From NCBI GenBank assembly GCA_000002435.2, contig CM018789.1: a DNA stretch of 64,000 nucleotides; one strand, written 5' to 3'. The position numbers and the translations under genes are program-made. Position 1 is the first letter of the stretch. Each line of letters begins with the position of its first letter. The notes below the pieces were generated by a model. The model did not search any database. It had not been told where the DNA came from and worked only from the letters and a program-made list of their open reading frames with translations. Shown piece after piece: positions 1-8,957 of the stretch. This stretch comes from Giardia intestinalis (taxonomy: Eukaryota).

Positions 1-3000
1 CTGCATTAGTGGTGGCAGCGAGCGTCTGAGCAGAACAGCTTACAAAGGCACGGAACAGATTGATAAGGCTTTTCGACGGAAAGCTCATGAACCTGTTGTA
101 TATGTCATCTAAGATGTGTCTATCTAGGAGATTGTACATGTAATAAATCAAGGCGGCGTCATCCCACTCCATTTCATCGTCATTGCTATCACCAAGGTCT
201 AAGCATCGTTGTATGAACTGTATGTCGTGGTCAATCCGGTGAGTCTGGACCATCATAGAGGTGATAAAAGACTTCTTGGTCGATATGGTCAGCGAGGAAT
301 CGCTCTTATATGCATCCATATTGAAAATTCTAAGAAGCTCGCTGCGATCTAAGCGAGGAAACTGGTTTTTATCTGCCACGTCGAAGTAGTATTCAACACA
401 CGCAAAGACCTGCAGGTAGAGATCCCAACAATCCCCGCCAGATAGCTTTCCCATGTACATCTTGGTCAAAAGAGTCGTTTTATTTTCAAAGTGGTTTGCA
501 AAGGATAGGGCTGGTGGCTCGCCGCTTAAACCCGTGCGGGAATAGGGTTCTACGATTAAAGGGTTGATGGCAGGAGGCTTTGTCTTCTCAAGATTGGCGA
601 GGATATAGACAAACTCGAGTAGTACGTGTATCACAGTAACAACGTAACAGACAGACGTGCTCTTGGCCCTGGAAACCTCTAGTCCATTCAGGGATCGATC
701 AAACTTTGAATCTGTATGAGACGCGCTTTGCTCTCTAGAAACAATCAGTGCGTGATTAGTTGGACTTATGCTCAACACAGAAAGGCTCTTGATATTAGTT
801 AGCTGAATAAGCTCATCGACAACCGCTCGGCATATAGGCCTGGTCTGGCGAAGGAGAGTGCAGTGCAAAAGAGAAAGAAGTGTAAAGAAGGGACGTAGAC
901 ACAAAAGGAAGGTCTGCTCACTGACAGTGGGCGCCTGAGTAAGTGTGTGTAAGAGCTCTAGGTGTACGGACGAGTCCAGTTTGAGTAGAAGAGATTCAAA
1001 GAACGCAAAGTGATATTTCTCAGCAAGTCGTGCTATCATGGTAGGAGCATATATGACAGCTGAAGCCTTAGTCAAATCTGCATCCAGTGAAACTGATTTT
1101 GTACTCTTCCGTGGGCTTTCTAACAGGACTTCGACATCTATCCACTCCTTCATACATGCAGTGGCCAAATAGGGATAGTACTGGTGGCCGTGGGCAATCA
1201 TGTTTAGAGTTGTATCCTTGCTCCCTGGCGTTGGAGCATTTGCTTTGATGACTATGCCATTGAAAATTGTCTTTGTTCCTCCCGGTGCTTTAAAGTATTT
1301 ATCCATGAGCTCGACAATCTCTCTTTTAGTATCTATACTACCCAAGGAGAATGGATTGGCGGCTATGTTGTCGTATATAGAGTCAAGAAGCTCACGCGTG
1401 AGAATATTGGCCGTGTCTATACCCTTAGTGTTGTTAAAGAACGTGTCTTTTGTCATACGTTGTGTCTTGATTGCCTTGTTGTGTAGGTCGGTGTTAAGCA
1501 TGACAATAGCAAACATGAGACCGTTACAAACCTGGTGATGTTTAATAACGGCCGTGCTGGCTTGCACATATGCATACGAGATACACGTCATAATCCTTGA
1601 GATAACCTGCCCTTCTCCCGGAAGCTTAAAGTGGCTAAGAATATCCCGAAGAGCTTCCTCTACTGGTAGCTGGCCATTAGAGTTAAGGCGTATATTGCTA
1701 TTTCTATTCGTAGATAAGCCGTTCCACTTATCAGAAAAGATCATAACGTATTCATAGAGGGTGCAATAGTTAGGATTGTCTATTCCGCCAATAATCTCTC
1801 CAACAACCTCCTGTGGGATGCCAATCTTTGTGAAGGTATTTTCGGTGACATTGTCAATCAGAAACTGCGCCACTGATCTGTAGTGTTCGCTTGCGTTCAT
1901 AAATCCGGCTTTGTATTTCTCCATGGTATACGTAGAGTAGTACCACTCTTCGTCAAATGACCGTCTTCTGCCTGTTACTGGCTCAGGGAGAGACAGTGTG
2001 GTAGGGGAGTCTAGCGGAACAAGTCTGAGTATTTTATTATTAGCAACAAAGTAATCGACACCCTTTTTCATCTTTCTATCAAATAGAAGATATCCCTTAT
2101 CAAATAGACGCTTCTTGTTGTGATCTTCCATGAGCTCCTTGATATTGTATCTGTTCTGCATATAGTTGAAAAGCTCTGAGTGTTTGCTCATTGTTTTCTC
2201 GGAGCCAGAAGGCACACACTCCAGCGGAATCCTTTGCTCTGCAATAGAGTCGTACTGGTGCAAATAGGACCAATAGGAGATAGAGTATGCTATGCGGCTC
2301 AGTGCATATATGGCTGCCTCTGTACAGTTTGTCAGCGAGCAGGTAGCAGGAGACAGATAGTTAAAGCTCTTGGAGCTGTTATAGACGTTCACCCCAAGAT
2401 GGTGAGCATACATGATCAGATTAGGAACAAAGTCTGAAGACTCTTGCAGAGTGATGGATGAAGTTGGACGCTCGGTAGAATTGCTACTGTCTGCTATTGT
2501 GGTCTTTGTCAGTGTATGTGGAGACTCTCCAGGCTTCATCCCAACATCCTGTGCCAAAATGGATGTAGTGGTAATGGGAGATGCAAAGGAGGGTTCATAG
2601 CGATGCAAGTACTTGGAGATAAGGTGAAAGAAGAACTTGTGCACAGATGTTTGGAAGGAGTAGACCATGGTTGGGATCTGATAGGAAACATTCTGGGCGT
2701 CACCGGATTGTACCTGTGATATCATATATTTTTGAGAAGAGAACTTCTTGCCTGACGATGCAGAGCCTGTGTATTCGGTGACAGCGGAAACTAAGCGATA
2801 TATAAGGTCGGATGACTCAAAATCGCAATCGAAAGTGACAAATAAATTAAATATGTAGTCAAAGGGGCGAGGAAAGAGAAGCTTGACATACTCGTAATCA
2901 TTGACATCAAGAAGCTCGTGATTTGGATACGAGTATTTGAATGCAAAGCGCTCTAACTCGGAAATTCCAAACACAAACGTGCTATTGAGGACATCACCGC

Positions 3001-4255
3001 TAAAAATGCGGCCTATATGGGCTAGAATGCCCATCTTTAACTCTCCGCATGGTACGTCAGGCTCCTCCAAGATCTTAAATATTGTATGTTCAAAGTACGC
3101 CTTTATACATTTGGCAGAAATGTGAAAACAATAAATCCGCAGGATAAGCTCCAGCAAGGCAAAAGCAACGGTGACAATGACAGGCTGGGTTGAGTGGGTG
3201 ACAATGAAGCGCTTGGGAACTATAGTTAACAAATCTTCTGAAACGATTCTTAAGATGACAGGCTCTAGGTAAAAGTAATTTGAAAAGTAGAAGAGAAGAT
3301 ACATTGCGGTAATAGTTATTCGCCGTAATTCATCGTGTGCTACTACCTGGAAAAGAGCACTATTGTAAGTGAGCTCCAGGACTTCAGCAAAGCGAATCGA
3401 AAACCCTGCATCTCCAGTTGCAACAGAAGAGCCTTGGGTCACAGCCCCGTCCCCTGAGCTACCACCACCAAATGGCAACCGAAAGATGCCACCACTCGTG
3501 GTTCCTGCAGGAAGCAACAGGGTAGGGCTTTCATCCGAGAAGAACTGGAGGATCCTCAAAAGGAACTTAATGTACGAACTGAGAGTAACAATATACTCCT
3601 CAGATAACTCAGTGCTTACTCTACTATTGCTTAAGTGTTTGTTTAAAGAGAGGGTTGCATGATAAAGTGATAGTGAAGCATGTGGTGCATACGTTTTACT
3701 GGATGCCAGGCCCAGCAGGATTTTGCACATGTTTATATAGGACGGTCCAGAAAGCCCTACCTCGCATACGCAAAGGTTCTCGATCAAGGAAAGGAGCTGC
3801 TTGATGGTCTGGTCTTTGTGGAGCTCTGGCTGGGGCTTGTTGAAGAGGCGCCATATCACTATGGCAAGATATGTACTGAAATTCTTTGGTGGCTGACCGT
3901 TATCATCAGCTACGGGCTCACTCATTCTCAGAGTCCTGATATCAAATTTTCTTACATTGGTTGGTTCGCGCAGAACAAAATAGGTAAGGACCAAAAGGCT
4001 CTCAAAGACGATAGAAGGCAGAGGTTTGTCTCTAAGAATGGAAGTAGTGAACGAAAAAAGCTCCGACATTATCTCGGACGAAACAGACACGTTGCTTGTC
4101 TTCGCTACAGAGGAAACCAGGTGCTGTAGCTCTGAGCGCAGTTTCTTCGCCTGCTTCACGTACCCATGATCAGCCTTGGTGGACGGGTCTTCTATTTTGG
4201 ACAAACAGGTACATGTATACCCAATTGTGTCCTGACTAAGTGAAAAGGACTGCAT
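1..4255 (-). CDS. Sec7-domain ARF guanine-nucleotide exchange factor (large BIG/GBF-type ARF-GEF); partial, C-terminus beyond window start
   Basis: Hand translation of the minus strand from the ATG at 4255: no stops in checked stretches (4255-3900, 3060-3000, 1760-1460, 120-1). Sec7 motifs IVMLNTDLHNKAIK (~1470-1510) and FKLPGEGQVISRIM (~1590-1630). Not in the ORF track because it has no in-window stop. All short + ORFs from 1200 to 4129 are antisense to it. Confidence 0.75.
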   Translation of the reverse strand, partial: MQSFSLSQDTIGYTCTCLSKIEDPSTKADHGYVKQAKKLRSELQHLVSSVAKTSNVSVSSEIMSELFSFTTSILRDKPLPSIVFESLLVLTYFVLREPTNVRKFDIRTLRMSEPVADDNGQPPKNFSTYLAIVIWRLFNKPQPELHKDQTIKQLLSLIENLCVCEVGLSGPSYINMCKILLGLASSKTYAPHASLSLYHATLSLNKHLSNSRVSTELSEEYIVTLSSYIKFLLRILQFFSDESPTLLLPAGTTSGGIFRLPFGGGSSGDGAVTQGSSVATGDAGFSIRFAEVLELTYNSALFQVVAHDELRRITITAMYLLFYFSNYFYLEPVILRIVSEDLLTIVPKRFIVTHSTQPVIVTVAFALLELILRIYCFHISAKCIKAYFEHTIFKILEEPDVPCGELKMGILAHIGRIFSGDVLNSTFVFGISELERFAFKYSYPNHELLDVNDYEYVKLLFPRPFDYIFNLFVTFDCDFESSDLIYRLVSAVTEYTGSASSGKKFSSQKYMISQVQSGDAQNVSYQIPTMVYSFQTSVHKFFFHLISKYLHRYEPSFASPITTTSILAQDVGMKPGESPHTLTKTTIADSSNSTERPTSSITLQESSDFVPNLIMYAHHLGVNVYNSSKSFNYLSPATCSLTNCTEAAIYALSRIAYSISYWSYLHQYDSIAEQRIPLECVPSGSEKTMSKHSELFNYMQNRYNIKELMEDHNKKRLFDKGYLLFDRKMKKGVDYFVANNKILRLVPLDSPTTLSLPEPVTGRRRSFDEEWYYSTYTMEKYKAGFMNASEHYRSVAQFLIDNVTENTFTKIGIPQEVVGEIIGGIDNPNYCTLYEYVMIFSDKWNGLSTNRNSNIRLNSNGQLPVEEALRDILSHFKLPGEGQVISRIMTCISYAYVQASTAVIKHHQVCNGLMFAIVMLNTDLHNKAIKTQRMTKDTFFNNTKGIDTANILTRELLDSIYDNIAANPFSLGSIDTKREIVELMDKYFKAPGGTKTIFNGIVIKANAPTPGSKDTTLNMIAHGHQYYPYLATACMKEWIDVEVLLESPRKSTKSVSLDADLTKASAVIYAPTMIARLAEKYHFAFFESLLLKLDSSVHLELLHTLTQAPTVSEQTFLLCLRPFFTLLSLLHCTLLRQTRPICRAVVDELIQLTNIKSLSVLSISPTNHALIVSREQSASHTDSKFDRSLNGLEVSRAKSTSVCYVVTVIHVLLEFVYILANLEKTKPPAINPLIVEPYSRTGLSGEPPALSFANHFENKTTLLTKMYMGKLSGGDCWDLYLQVFACVEYYFDVADKNQFPRLDRSELLRIFNMDAYKSDSSLTISTKKSFITSMMVQTHRIDHDIQFIQRCLDLGDSNDDEMEWDDAALIYYMYNLLDRHILDDIYNRFMSFPSKSLINLFRAFVSCSAQTLAATTNA

Positions 4256-4351
4256 TTTTTATAAAATGAGCATTAATCAAATCTTTAAAACTTACCTGGC
4301 CCTTCACCTTTTCGCTTTGCAGCGTCAGCGCAGCAAGACAGACAATTGAAG

Positions 4352-5821
4352 ATGGGGGATACAAGCTTCTATGATAGATATGCTGTAGAAGACAAGGGCT
4401 ACTACACTGCGAGAGACGTGCCGAGAACAGACTTTCGTTCCACCTATGAGCTCAACCCCGCCATAGAAGACGTTCTCAACGAAGCACTCTATAAAGACGT
4501 AGCCGATGAAGGGCTCAAAGAACTGTACCAGGCGCTCCAGGAGCGTGCTGGAAAGGCAATCAACGAGAACAAGCGGCTAGCCGCGCAGTTGGAGGAGATC
4601 ACACAGGACAAGCTCACCCTCCAGTCATCTCTAGAAGATGTCAGGGGGCAGTTCCAGCAGGCCCAGCAGAACATTACGTTGCTCCTAAGCCAGATGAAGG
4701 CTGCTGATGACGATATAGTTTCATTAACAAGTGCTAACACTAAGGTAGAGTCTGAACTGGAAGCAATCCGAGTCGAGCTTTTTAATCTACGAGAGGAAAA
4801 TAAAAAAATTAAGGCTATAGAGGCAGATTATGTGGAGCAAATAGAGCGGCTTACAGAGGCGCTGAACGAGGAGAAGAAAGAGCGAAGTCGATTTGAGCGT
4901 AAGTTCAATGAGTATAAGCAGAAACTGAACGTCAAGGCCTCGGAATTGGATGAGCTGCGGGATAAGTTCGAGCTGACAGACGAGGAGCGTAACATTTATC
5001 AGGCTGAATGCATCAAAGGAAGCATGACTGGTTACGGTAAGCCTGCTGGATACTCTGCACTGGACATCTATACTCTCAAGGAGGACTTCAAGAGTCTCCA
5101 AGAAAAGTCTCATCTCACCAGCATTAGCTTTAAGTCTGGGAAAGTGGCCGTGGACTCTGTGGACGCCCTTTCTCCGGATGATTCTTATAAACTCCTGGAG
5201 AAGTATGGTAATGAGCCATTTCTAGCATCAACAGACCTTGCTTCTGCGGTGAAGCCCGTAAAGACAACCGTGCCCCCTCGTCCTCCCAGGGAGCAGTCTG
5301 GCAACACCCACCAGGGCGCTACGCCGACCTCAGATGCATCGGACAGTAGCTCGACCATAGACGAGCTCTTTGCTAAGTACATGGACTTCGACGCCCTCAA
5401 GAGAGCAAAGCTCGATGGCGCTCCATTGGAGGCAAACGCCTTTGGAAATACCGTGGAAGCATTACTCATCGATAGTAATAAGAAGAAGCCTGTAGCCCTG
5501 AATCTTACGCTGAACTCAGATGAAGCCGCAAGGTTCGCAAAACCGTCCCTTCTGGAGCGCCATCTCAGACAGGAGCAGTTTCAAGAAATGCAGCCACCAG
5601 CGCCTGCATCAGACATTACTGATATCATGCGCAAGTACGGCGCCCCAGCTGCCGCTGATACCACTCAGGAGAAATTTGGCAATGCAACTTCACGAAGTAC
5701 TTCACACACTCTGGCCATGAGTCTCTTTGGAGATGCCACAACTGCACTGCCACATACAGAACGATATTGGACAACAGAACAGCCACTACTGACAAAGTAC
5801 ACGGCCGATTATGGGTTTTGA
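4352..5821 (+). CDS. hypothetical protein, N-terminal coiled coil and S/T/P-rich C-terminus
   Basis: Long ORF. The track start at 4346 is TTG; first ATG is at 4352. Heptad-like Q/E/L-rich N-terminal half, low-complexity C-terminal half. Confidence 0.5.
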   Translation: MGDTSFYDRYAVEDKGYYTARDVPRTDFRSTYELNPAIEDVLNEALYKDVADEGLKELYQALQERAGKAINENKRLAAQLEEITQDKLTLQSSLEDVRGQFQQAQQNITLLLSQMKAADDDIVSLTSANTKVESELEAIRVELFNLREENKKIKAIEADYVEQIERLTEALNEEKKERSRFERKFNEYKQKLNVKASELDELRDKFELTDEERNIYQAECIKGSMTGYGKPAGYSALDIYTLKEDFKSLQEKSHLTSISFKSGKVAVDSVDALSPDDSYKLLEKYGNEPFLASTDLASAVKPVKTTVPPRPPREQSGNTHQGATPTSDASDSSSTIDELFAKYMDFDALKRAKLDGAPLEANAFGNTVEALLIDSNKKKPVALNLTLNSDEAARFAKPSLLERHLRQEQFQEMQPPAPASDITDIMRKYGAPAAADTTQEKFGNATSRSTSHTLAMSLFGDATTALPHTERYWTTEQPLLTKYTADYGF

Positions 5822-5898
5822 TAATCCATAGATTGGCACCCTTCGTACGTTAATGCAAACTTCGGGCTTCGCAGTGTACGCCATCCATCAGAAATAAA

Positions 5899-6153
5899 AT
5901 GACAAAGTTGCACCATAAGTCGCTATGCTTTGCCTACCTTTGGTGGTTTTTCTTGGGGCTATTTGGTGCGCACCGCTTTTATCTTCACAAGTACTGCACT
6001 GCGGTTATCTGGCTCTTCACCGCAGGGCTCTTTGGAATTGGGTGGCTTGTTGACATCTGCTTAATGCCCGGAATGGTTAGTCACTATAATGTGGTGGTCG
6101 ATGGAAACCGTGCTCAAGTAATAGAGGCCAACAATATGAGGCATGCTGTATAG
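5899..6153 (+). CDS. TM2 domain-containing small membrane protein
   Basis: 84 aa with two hydrophobic helices. Carries the TM2 signature LGLFGAHRFYL ... GLFGIGWLVD. AT-rich initiator (aaataaaATG) upstream. Confidence 0.7.
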   Translation: MTKLHHKSLCFAYLWWFFLGLFGAHRFYLHKYCTAVIWLFTAGLFGIGWLVDICLMPGMVSHYNVVVDGNRAQVIEANNMRHAV

Positions 6154-6161
6154 CGCAGCAA

Positions 6162-6168
6162 AGTGAAC
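6162..6168 (+). other. putative polyadenylation signal AGTGAAC (Giardia AGTRAAY) for the TM2 gene
   Basis: AGTGAAC lies 9 nt downstream of the TAG at 6151-6153. Confidence 0.5.
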
Positions 6169-6195
6169 TGCACGGCAGCAAACCACATCTACATC

Positions 6196-6202
6196 ATTTA
6201 CT
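6196..6202 (-). other. putative polyadenylation signal AGTAAAT overlapping the Nop56/58 stop codon
   Basis: Minus strand reads AGTAAAT with the TAA stop embedded (plus-strand atttact, 6196-6202). Confidence 0.4.
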
Positions 6203-7694
6203 TTGCATCACGGACCTCCTTTCTGTCCTTTGACCTGCTCCTCTTATCCTCCTTCTTATCATCCTTCTTATCATCCTTTCTGTGCTCTTTTTTATCATCT
6301 TTCTTATGCTCCTTCCTGTGCTCCCTCTTGTGGCTGCTGGACTTTTCTTCGTTGACGAGGAGCTCCGCTGAATCTTGCACGGGCACATCGGCGGAAGACC
6401 CACTTGGATACAAATCCAGCATCAGATCTATGTTCTTACGCGGCGGATTGGCACCTGTCTTATAAAAAGTTATGCGGTCCTCAAGCATATTTTTCAGTGC
6501 CACTCCAAACCTCGTGTCGCGAGAAATGCCATAACAATCCATCTTTGCTGTACGCGCTATGCTGCAAGCAAGGTTACGGGCAACGCGCCCCTTGTGGCGG
6601 ATGTCTACCTTGGAGACTTGTGGAGCAGAAAAAAGGACGCCGTACTTTGGTGTTTTCCTGTTACGCGCCTTCAGGGACCTGAACAGAGCCTTCTCTGCGC
6701 CAAGAATCTGTATGGTCGACGCAGGTGACTTAGCTAAAGAGCGTATGCCCCCTGCCCGGGCGATCAGACGTGACGCAGGTATGTCACCGAGGAGGACTGC
6801 AGTATTGGGAGCAATCTCTGCTATCTTAGAGCCAAGATAGTCCGTCAACGCCTGCTTCTCATTGAACATCGAGAGCGTCCGCTGCGCCAGAGATAGCACA
6901 GCCTTCAGATCATCGTCGTGGAGTTTCATCCCGGTTGAAATTGTCGCTGCTGCGCGTACTTTATCGGCAACATCCTTTCCAAAGACACCGTCAGATACAA
7001 GCTGGTCAAAAGAGCTCGCAGTCTCCCCAGAGATAAGCTTTTCCTTCGTCTGAATTGCTAGAATAGTGCGAACATACTCCTCGTGATGGTCGACCATAAT
7101 CCTCTTAAGCTCTGGGAAATGATATGAGTACCACTCTTGGAGCCTCATGAAAAAGCTATTTGTGTTCTTCAGGATTGTCTCGTAGTGCCCAACTCCTTGA
7201 ATGATCATGTTATCTGCACGGTTCTTATCATAGCTGACATTGTTGCGGGCCATAAGATGCGAAAGACCCAAGCAGGCTGCCTCATACTGCTCGGGGTTGA
7301 CATCCCCGGCCATTAGCTTCAAAAAGTGGCGCTTGATGCCGCGGGAAATTTCCACCATGAGGCCGCTGTACTCCGCAGGCACACCTGCAGCGTCCAAAGA
7401 CAGCTTGAGGCGCTCATCCACCACTCCGATGGTCGAAGACTCCCCCTTCATGATGCCCTGGACCACTCTAAGAACAGTCTCTGGAACAACACCTTCCTGG
7501 AGGGCAGCGCACACTGCTGCAGCATCTTCGTTTCCCGAGAAGCGATGAAACGAAGACAGCTTTACCAGGGTGGAGAAGGCACCTCCGTCGGCAATGGAGC
7601 GTTGCAGCTCTGCTGTAAACTTAGCTACATCGTCAAACTCCTTTATGCTGAAAATCGCGATCCCGGCAGCAGATTCAAAGAGCAAGTAACGCAT
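6198..7694 (-). CDS. box C/D snoRNP protein Nop56/Nop58 (Nop5 family)
   Basis: 498 aa. N-terminal Nop5 region, central Nop domain (AKxxxALFRALKxxxxTPKYGxxFxxP-like segment SLKARNRKTPKYGVLFSAPQV) and the characteristic KKD/E-rich C-terminal tail. That tail is encoded by imperfect ~15-nt repeats at 6200-6340. Confidence 0.8.
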   Translation of the reverse strand: MRYLLFESAAGIAIFSIKEFDDVAKFTAELQRSIADGGAFSTLVKLSSFHRFSGNEDAAAVCAALQEGVVPETVLRVVQGIMKGESSTIGVVDERLKLSLDAAGVPAEYSGLMVEISRGIKRHFLKLMAGDVNPEQYEAACLGLSHLMARNNVSYDKNRADNMIIQGVGHYETILKNTNSFFMRLQEWYSYHFPELKRIMVDHHEEYVRTILAIQTKEKLISGETASSFDQLVSDGVFGKDVADKVRAAATISTGMKLHDDDLKAVLSLAQRTLSMFNEKQALTDYLGSKIAEIAPNTAVLLGDIPASRLIARAGGIRSLAKSPASTIQILGAEKALFRSLKARNRKTPKYGVLFSAPQVSKVDIRHKGRVARNLACSIARTAKMDCYGISRDTRFGVALKNMLEDRITFYKTGANPPRKNIDLMLDLYPSGSSADVPVQDSAELLVNEEKSSSHKREHRKEHKKDDKKEHRKDDKKDDKKEDKRSRSKDRKEVRDAK

Positions 7695-7854
7695 TGTGAC
7701 CCAGTAATTATTTATCGATTTTGAAATTTAATTTATTAACGACAAATACAATGAAAGTGTGAAAACACACGTTCGGGGCATTTGCGACTAGCCGTTGAAG
7801 ATATGATTGCGCAGTTTATCTCTGAAGAATTATTTCTGAAGAAGGTGGCGGATT

Positions 7855-8835
7855 ATGCTTGGTACGACACCCTGCGTGAAAGATCCATTGCTTGATTTTG
7901 GACACAATCCAAGCAAATTTATAACGCTAAGTAAACTTTCTGTCATGGAGTACTACCTTACAACCCTTGAAACCCCTCACTTGGCCCTTAGTGAGAGAAG
8001 GCTCCAGTTGCAGAAGCTTGTCCTATTATATGATGTCCCCCCTGATAGGCGCGGACGGGTGTGGATGATTCTACTGGGGATCGGGTATGTCAACTCAAAA
8101 CGCTATGTAGACCTGGTCAGACGCGGACAATCTATAGATGCTGAAAAGATTCGCAAGGACGTGCACCGGACATTCTCGAATAACGTTTCTTTTCACAAGA
8201 AAGTGTCTCTGAGCTCCATATCTCGAGTACTTAATGCACTGGTGCACGATCTGGACATTCGCTACGTACAGGGAATGAATGTGTTGCTGGGTCCACTGCT
8301 CTACGTTGCAGATGAGGTCTTTGGGTTTTATATGTTCCGTCGCCTTTATAGCCTTGCTCGCTCATACTTCAGTCCAGATCTTTGCGGAGTGCATGCTGGT
8401 TGTGCCCTTCTCGAGGATATCATGGGCGTTATTGATCCAGAGCTGCAGCAGAAGCTATTTAAGCATAATCTCAGGGGGTTTCTATGGGGATTTGACGTTA
8501 TCATGACATTTGGCGCCTGCTTGCAGCCCCTCGACGAGGTCCTAAAGCTTTGGGATTTCCTATTCTCCTTTGGCCTTGGGCTCATGCCGCTCCTTTCCTG
8601 TCTGCGAATCATCAAGGTCCGAGACATGCTGCTTTCGCATAACAACCCATACGAGATCATACGAACCCGTGCAATCACCTTTGACGCCAAAAATGATATC
8701 TCTATGGCCCTGCAGTATCTAGTATTGCTCCCAGATCAGCTGAAGAAAAGGCTGTGCAGTCACTTCGGAGACACCGATGTCTGCAAGGCAATCAATCCCT
8801 CTTCTTTGCGACCACTGAATCATGCATGTCTTTAA
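7855..8835 (+). CDS. TBC-domain Rab GTPase-activating protein
   Basis: Arginine-finger motif IRKDVHRTF and glutamine-finger motif IRYVQGMN of TBC/RabGAP domains. Confidence 0.75.
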   Translation: MLGTTPCVKDPLLDFGHNPSKFITLSKLSVMEYYLTTLETPHLALSERRLQLQKLVLLYDVPPDRRGRVWMILLGIGYVNSKRYVDLVRRGQSIDAEKIRKDVHRTFSNNVSFHKKVSLSSISRVLNALVHDLDIRYVQGMNVLLGPLLYVADEVFGFYMFRRLYSLARSYFSPDLCGVHAGCALLEDIMGVIDPELQQKLFKHNLRGFLWGFDVIMTFGACLQPLDEVLKLWDFLFSFGLGLMPLLSCLRIIKVRDMLLSHNNPYEIIRTRAITFDAKNDISMALQYLVLLPDQLKKRLCSHFGDTDVCKAINPSSLRPLNHACL

Positions 8836-8957
8836 TTTCTCCTTCGCCTTTTCCCTTTTCACCTCCCAGAACTAGCGATTATGAGTTATGATGCGATAAA
8901 CTTTCAAAAAACCTTTCTAAAAAGACAGAGAGAAAAAGGTAGGGAATCCGTGCTTAG

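Noticed and set aside
1200-4129. Series of 60-150-aa plus-strand ORFs
   Set aside because: All lie antisense to the continuous Sec7 ARF-GEF reading frame on the minus strand.
6163-6465. Plus ORF with SSFLSSFL repeats
   Set aside because: It is the antisense of the Nop56/58 K/D/E-rich tail repeats.
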